Positions 54,101 through 61,500 of a DNA stretch of 64,000 nucleotides are shown in pieces; positions within the stretch are counted from its first letter, which is position 1; the number at the start of each line of letters is the position of its first letter. The stretch comes from Podarcis filfolensis (Eukaryota). The stretch lies in assembly GCA_964270895.1 (NCBI GenBank), contig OZ185438.1; one strand, written 5' to 3'. A program made the translations under genes and the position numbers. The notes beneath the pieces are model-generated. The model made no database searches and was not told the DNA's origin. It saw only the letters and a list, made by a program, of their open reading frames with translations.

Positions 54101-57100
54101 TGGTGTTAAGCATTATTTACATTTGCTAAAAAAACGTATTTGGCCGATAAATGCAACAAAAAAGATACTGGTGTCTAACTGAAGTGCTGTGGTCTGTAAG
54201 TCCAACTGTTTTATAGATCACAAGAAAAAAATGTTTAGCAATGCTGACTGACAACTTAAATTTGAGTACTGAATTCTCTTAAATATCTTTCCTGGTTTTT
54301 TTTTTAAATAAAATTTAAATACCACTTACTATAACAAGTTACAAAAGTTTTTTTTGTTTTTACTATAACAAGAAATCTCTGAGAGGTTTACATAAAATAT
54401 AATAAATCATTTAAGGTTTATATTGAGAGTCAGGTTGACAAACAACTTGGAATAATCTGTTGTATCACTTTCAAATAAATGTCTTAACATTTTGTGTTCT
54501 GTTTTTCTTTAGGACAGGATCATCTATTGCCTGAAGCAGAAGAAATAACCATGATTGGTGTTCAGCTTGCTGCTAGGTTTCTCTTTACCACAGGATTTCA
54601 CACAAAGAAAATTGTCCGTGGTCCTGCCAGTGACTGGTATATTTGCCTTTAAGAAGAATTTGACTGTCATAAGTTTTATTGTACTGATTATATGATACAA
54701 TTTAATCATTCAAAATGTGAAATAACAGTGCATTGAAACTGAGCCTCAAAACCACTGTTTCTAGTAGTTTTTAATTTTGTTAAAACTTGGGTTAATAAGG
54801 AATCCTGGTTCATATTAATCATGGTTAACAAAGCTCCTACTACTAACATGCAGTGCTGGATTTGAAGTGTCCACCTTTATACACAAGTCTGTTTTCTGGG
54901 TATGTGATGCTGTTAATTTATTTTTTTTCCAGGTATGATGCTCTGTGCATTCTCCTTCGTCATAGCAAGAATGTACGTTTTTGGTTTGCGCACAATGTCC
55001 TTTTCAATGTTTCAAATCGCTTCTCCGAATACCTTTTGGAATGCCCTAGTGCTGAAGTGAGGGGAGCATTTGCAAAACTTATAGTATTTATTGCACATTT
55101 TTCATTGCAAGATGGACCATGTCCTTCACCTTTTGCTTCACCTGGACCTTCTAGTCAGGTATGCTTTTTCTACAATCAGAATACAATAGTAGAGAGCTGT
55201 TAAATTCTATATAGTCTAAATGTAAATTGATATAATAGAATTTTTTTTATAAGGGTGACTTAATTAATCTCCATTTAGCACAGGGTGGGGAACTGTTGGC
55301 CCACAAAGGCTTTTTATGTGACCTGCCAACCCCCAACACATTTTGTGGCCACAGAAGTGTTGCTGCTTGGGCGAGGAAGCACCATTGCTCACTGCTTCTC
55401 CTCCTGGCTTCCTCCACCACTTCTGCAAAATTTAATTGCTCCTTGCTTTGAGGCACTACATGTCACTTTTATTGTAATTCCCAAGTAAACTGTCACTCCA
55501 AGAGTATTCGGTGATAATCACCAGTACGCTGCTATCTTTAGATACCCAAGCGCTCGAGAAGCAGCCGTTCCATTGGGAACTGTAAGAGAAGCCAGCTGTA
55601 CCTTGCAGCAAGGGGCAGGGTGAGAGAAGCCAGACCCTTGGAAGTTTGGCGGTGAGGGAGTTGCAACCCTTGGGCTCAAAACAATTTCCCACCCCTGGTT
55701 TCAGAATTATTTATTTATTTGGTCTTTCTGCTATGTTCTTGACTACCTTCCTGAAGGTTACTGTTTGAATTGGTCTCATATTTAGCACCCCTGGCTCTCC
55801 CAGTTTAATCTGCTAAGTAATGTGTGATACATTCCTCTGTTATTCAGTATAGGATAAAACATTTTAATCACAGAAATTTGATACAGTGAATAGTTCAGGA
55901 ATTGAATTTGATATCATTAGTTCTGATAATTAAACAATAAAAGTTGCATTTCATTCTGGTTCGAGAATTTATGTTCAGCTGGTCTTTTAACAGGCTGCAG
56001 TGAAGCAGCTTTACATGTTGAATAATAATAATAATGTCATCAACCTTTGTGTTGTTTTATAGGCCTATGACAATTTAAGTTTGAGCGACCATTTGCTGAG
56101 AGCAGTACTGAATCTTCTTCGAAGGGAAGTGTCTGAGCACGGGCGCCATTTGCAGCAATATTTCAACTTGTTTGTGATGTATGCCAACTTAGGTAATGTG
56201 ATGTTTCACCCTAAAGGCTTTGTCCATGTTGTTCTGTCAGTGCACTTACTTAATAGTCTTGACTCTTGCCCATTGAATGCTTAATGATGCGGCACAAATT
56301 GTTATTAATAGCTTAAATCAGTGGTTTTCAGCCTGTGCTCTGGGGATCCCTTAATGCAGGACAGTCTTCTCTGGAAGACAGTTTACCCACCACTACCAAT
56401 TTTTCCATAATCCCACAGCTGCAAGGGAAAAGAGTGTTGGCTGGTTTTTCCCCAGAGCTATTCCTCAGCAGACAATTGATGTGTTCTTAATATTGTTGAA
56501 TCAGAAAGGTTTTGAGTGATTCTGGCTGGATTGTTGAAGGCATGGAGTATTGTATTCACAGTAAATGCCCATTTATGGATTTCCCAATGTGAACAGTTAT
56601 CTGAATATTTTTTGTTTATATGATTCAGTTCAGTAGCTTAAATGTAGCTAAGTATGTTTTCATTATTCTTCCTCTTTTTCCAACTTCCCTTTAGGTGTAG
56701 CAGAAAAAACACAGCTTTTAAAACTAAATGTACCTGCCACATTTATGCTTGTGGCACTGGATGAAGGCCCAGGTCCTCCAATCAAATACCAGTATGCTGA
56801 ACTAGGCAAACTATATACTGTGGTGTCCCAGTTAATCCGCTGTTGCAATGTGTCATCACGTATGCAGTCTTCTATCAATGGTACTGTTAACTCTGGAGCA
56901 TTTAAACAGAATATATTTGTGATTAAATGTGTGTGGCAGTTTATTATTCATCATAGCATCTCACCAATCTTTTGTCTGTTATGCTGGCCTGTGTTTACTT
57001 AAAGATTTGGAAAAGTTTCAAATCATTAAAATACAGTAAGCTCACAACTTACACATGTTTAAGTTGTGCTCGTTCAGCTTTCCATGCTTGGCATTGTTTA

Positions 57101-58524
57101 AAGAAAAGAAATTAGAAAGGAGACATCCAGGAGAAAAGACTTTGGCAATCCCACCTGCCATTGTACCCAGTGTGTTTTGACTATACTTGATTTTTAGTTT
57201 AGGCATGATCCCTGGAATGTAACCTTCCATGTAAGTTGAGGATTTTCTATATTACCAGAACTGTATGTGCAAAGGTTGGTTCTCTTAAATGTGTCTAGAT
57301 GTGACACAACTATTCCATATTTTGGTAGTGCAAGTTAAGCCTATTCCAAGGGAAGTCTTAGAAAAACCTTGTTTAATTGTACAGGCTTTGATTTTTCACT
57401 AAGGAATACTACCAAACCCCATGTTTTACAAAACCAGCCGCAATGCTTTACAGTGATCATAACTGTTACATCAGAAGTTTAATCTGTATCTGTCAGACTC
57501 GGCCTAGGTGAATACTTATAGAATAGCAATTTTCATAATCGAACAAGAGACATTTCATATATGTATGTAATGTACTTCACATGTTCTGTGAAGTAATTAA
57601 AAAGATGACATTAAATAGTACCTTGTTGGTTTCTGTAGTTCAAATAAAAAATAATATAACAACATTTCTTTTTAGGTAATCCTCCACTTAGCAACCCTTA
57701 TGGTGATACTAATTTATCACAGCCTATAATGGCACTTCAGCAGAATGTGGCAGACATCTTGTTTGTGAGAACTAGTTATGTGAAAAAAATAATTGAAGAC
57801 TGCAGTAACTCAGAAGAGACCATCAAACTACTTCGCTTCTGCTGTTGGGAGAATCCTCAGTTTTCATCTACAGTCCTTAGTGAACTACTTTGGCAGGTAA
57901 AAAATGATTAAAATGTCAGGAAAGGTGTGTTTTATTCAAGAGGTTGATGTGCAGAGATTATTGTCCCTTGATTTTCATCCTGTTAGTCTTTAGAGTTGCA
58001 ACAAGTAGTGGTTACTTTAAAAAAAGTCACCACCAGAGAAAATGAATGCTCTTTCAATGATAAAGCCTAATTTAACAGAAATATTTCCTTGGCTTGCGGC
58101 GTTGAAATGAAAGCTCATTCATAATATAATACTGTACCCCTCCAGTTCTTCATAGCATGAATTCTCCTGTACTACACACTTAAATAATCATTAATTGCAT
58201 GTTAATATTTTCCTCAAATTCCACTTTTTAAAGGTTGCATATTCATACACATATGAACTTCGACCGTACTTGGATCTCCTTCTGCAAATCTTGCTAATTG
58301 AGGACTCTTGGCAGACTCACAGGTTAGCACTTGGGTTTCTTGGGTTTTTGGGGTCTACATTTTTTGCATTAATAATGTGGTGCTTCTGTGTGAAAGTCTT
58401 TGTAATTGCTTCATGGAGACATAGCAGATTTTAGTTGCCTACTGGAAACAATAAAGTACCTTAAGCTGTATCCAAAGTGACTGTTACCAGAGCATATGGG
58501 GACTGCCAAATGCTCATGCACTCA

Positions 58525-58572
<48 letters not shown>

Positions 58573-61500
58573 GGATATGATATATATGATAAATTAGCTA
58601 GCAAGGTTTTTGTGCAATTGTTACTTTAAATTAAATTATACAGATGAGTTTAGTTGTTAAAACTGTTAAGCTGTTAATTCCTTGGTTCAGCTATCTTCTC
58701 TGAGAATGCTTTAGGTGGTTCTGGATAAAGCATTATTCTCTTCTCTGCTTCCCATCTGTTACATGGGGGTGATAATACTGGTCTACCTTCTTCTTCTTTG
58801 GCAATCACTTGTAGCCGAGTACGGTTGTCTTCCGTGAACAGGGTCTTAACAGTGAGTCCATAAGTGACTGGGGGAGCCAATTCTGGATCCGCACATCCTT
58901 CCACAGTGGGGACATAGGTTTCTGGGTGGATGTTGATCATGGCGGCATACTTTACCAGGGAGAAGACAAGAAGGACTACTGAGATGAGGGGGAACTGTTT
59001 TGAGTACTTGGGAAAACTGCTATATAAACACTGAGCCTTATTAAATTGGTTGAGTGTTCTATTTTGTGTGAATCAATCTGCTATAAAAATCATTCAGGCT
59101 AGAGCTCAAAAGGATTTTTAATTTTATTTCTGCAGGGAAGTGGAGGGAGTTTATGGTAGAGAAACAGCAGCTGGGTTCAGGAAAGCTTAGGCAGAAATGG
59201 AGACCTGAGGTCACTTTGCATGGGCCCTAAAAAAAAAATCTGGTACAGGCCATAATGGTGATTACCAAGTGAGAAAATGAACACATTCTGCATATTTAGA
59301 TGTCACTCTTTTAGAAGAGGGTGTGAAGAAATAAATAAAAAATATCACTGACAGTCCTTCACAACTACTGGTACTCTGTAATGATATGGCAAGATCCTAG
59401 AAGAGAGACATTCCATCTTGTTATGAGTAGAGGGGGCATGTCTCTCCTAAGATTGTGTCTTACACCCACAGTTTTGCAAGTACAGACACTGATTATCTGG
59501 ATCTGCTGGGTCTAAGCTTGTTCAACATTTTAATGCTAGCCCTTTAGGATGCTGACATTTACATGCATGTTTATAGTCTGTGTGAAATTCTGACTTTTTG
59601 GTGCGTTTGGGATTCTCTTAGGATTCACAATGCACTTAAAGGAATTCCAGATGACCGGGATGGGCTATTTGATACCATTCAACGCTCTAAGAATCATTAT
59701 CAGAAAAGGGCTTACCAGTGTATAAAGTGTATGGTAGCTCTTTTCAGCAACTGTCCAGTAGCCTACCAGATTTTACAGGTAATTACTTTTATCTCAAGAA
59801 AAAATTACTTTCTCTGTTTTTCCAATGCTACGAAGAGAGGGACAGGACTGAACCAAGTTTAGTTATAACAGAACTCTTTCTGTAGAGTCACTAAGATAAA
59901 GCCATGGTCTTATATATTTTATCCAAATAAATTGGGGGGAAAACCACCAGGAGCAAATGTCTATTCCCTCATAGAAATAAAATTAGAATAGAATTGTAGG
60001 ATTGGAAGGGAGGTATCTCAACGAAAGCATCCATGTCAAAATAGAACTGTAGGGACCTTACTGGAGTATTTTTTGTTTGCTTTGGTTTTTTGTTTTACAA
60101 AAATCAAGAGTAATGAATGGGAAACTATACACCCCGTTTAAAAAGCTGCATTGGACTGAGGTGTGTTTAGAAGTAATTTTAAAATACTGAATGGCCTTTT
60201 TTCATCTTTTCAGAGCAATGGAGATTTGAAGAGAAAGTGGACCTGGGCAGTAGAGTGGCTTGGAGATGAGCTTGAACGTAGGCCATACACTGGCAATCCA
60301 CAGTATACATATAACAATTGGTCTCCTCCGGTCCAGAGTAATGAAACATCAAATGGCTACTTCCTAGAGAGATCACACAGTGCAAGAATGACCCTTGCAA
60401 AAGCTTGTGAGCTATGCCCAGAGGAGGTAAGGAGTGAATTTACAACTAATGTTGCTTTGGCATTCTTTGGAAGACAAACAACTTGTTTCATAAAATTCCT
60501 GATAGAAATATATGTTAGTTACATAGTTGAAGTGCTAGCTGGCACTATAAGATTTATGAGTTGTTTCTTGCTTAGTGAGACTTCGGAACTCATAAGTAGG
60601 CAGGAGTTAAGTCCTCCACTGTACCAAGTGCCTCCAGTTATCACTGTGAGAGGCAAGGGAGATTGAGCACTCCTCTGGCCACAGCCTCCAAACCTGTAAT
60701 TCTTAATATAGCAGCATCTACTTCTGATAGCTGTTACATAGTATAGGATTTAGAGAGGTGCCTGCAGAAGGGGTTGGCAGAAGCTGAATTTCTTTCTTGT
60801 TCCTTCTCAAAAAGAGCTGCTTCCAAGTGTCCGGGTATCCTGATTCATTTGGGGCGGGAGAATCTGCCCAGATTTTTATTTTGGAGTTCCTCCCTTAGGC
60901 TCCATGTCATAGCCAACCATATATCAGGGTTGCCCAAACCCTTAGGAGAGGCTGGGATAGTGGGCAGTGATGTGATGGAAGCGGCAGGGTAGTCAGCTTC
61001 CGCCCACACATTCTGCAGGAATTTCTCTGGGTCCAATCAATTGCCAGAAGAAAATGAGGGCAAGGAATTTAAATGTGAAAAGTAGTTTTATTTTTTGTTT
61101 TAATGGGCAATTTTCATTTTTAGGAACCAGATGACCCAGATGCCCCTGATGAGCATGAGTCCTCTCCACCAGAAGATGCTCCATTGTATCCCCATTCGCC
61201 TGGTTCCCAGTATCAACAGGTAAGCAGAGAATTATCTGTAAAACATGTCAATTCATTTTGGTATCCTTTGAACTTTTTACTTCAGCTTTTAAAAAACATA
61301 TTGCCAGTTTTATTCCTTTTAGGACAAGGATAACTGTTTGACAAGAACATCATAGAATGTGATTCAGGTAGACGGGCTCTTCCAGCAAAGTGTAATGTGC
61401 AGACAGGTTTTTTGTTCTTTAGTATCTTGTGAATGCCCTCACACACAACCATCATATGGGAACAATTATCTAACTTTTTTCTCTGTGAGCCAGCAAGCCA

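Noticed and set aside
54637-54644. Donor gtatattt as a U12-type intron
   Set aside because: Does not match GTATCCTT, and no TCCTTAAC branch site was seen near the acceptor.
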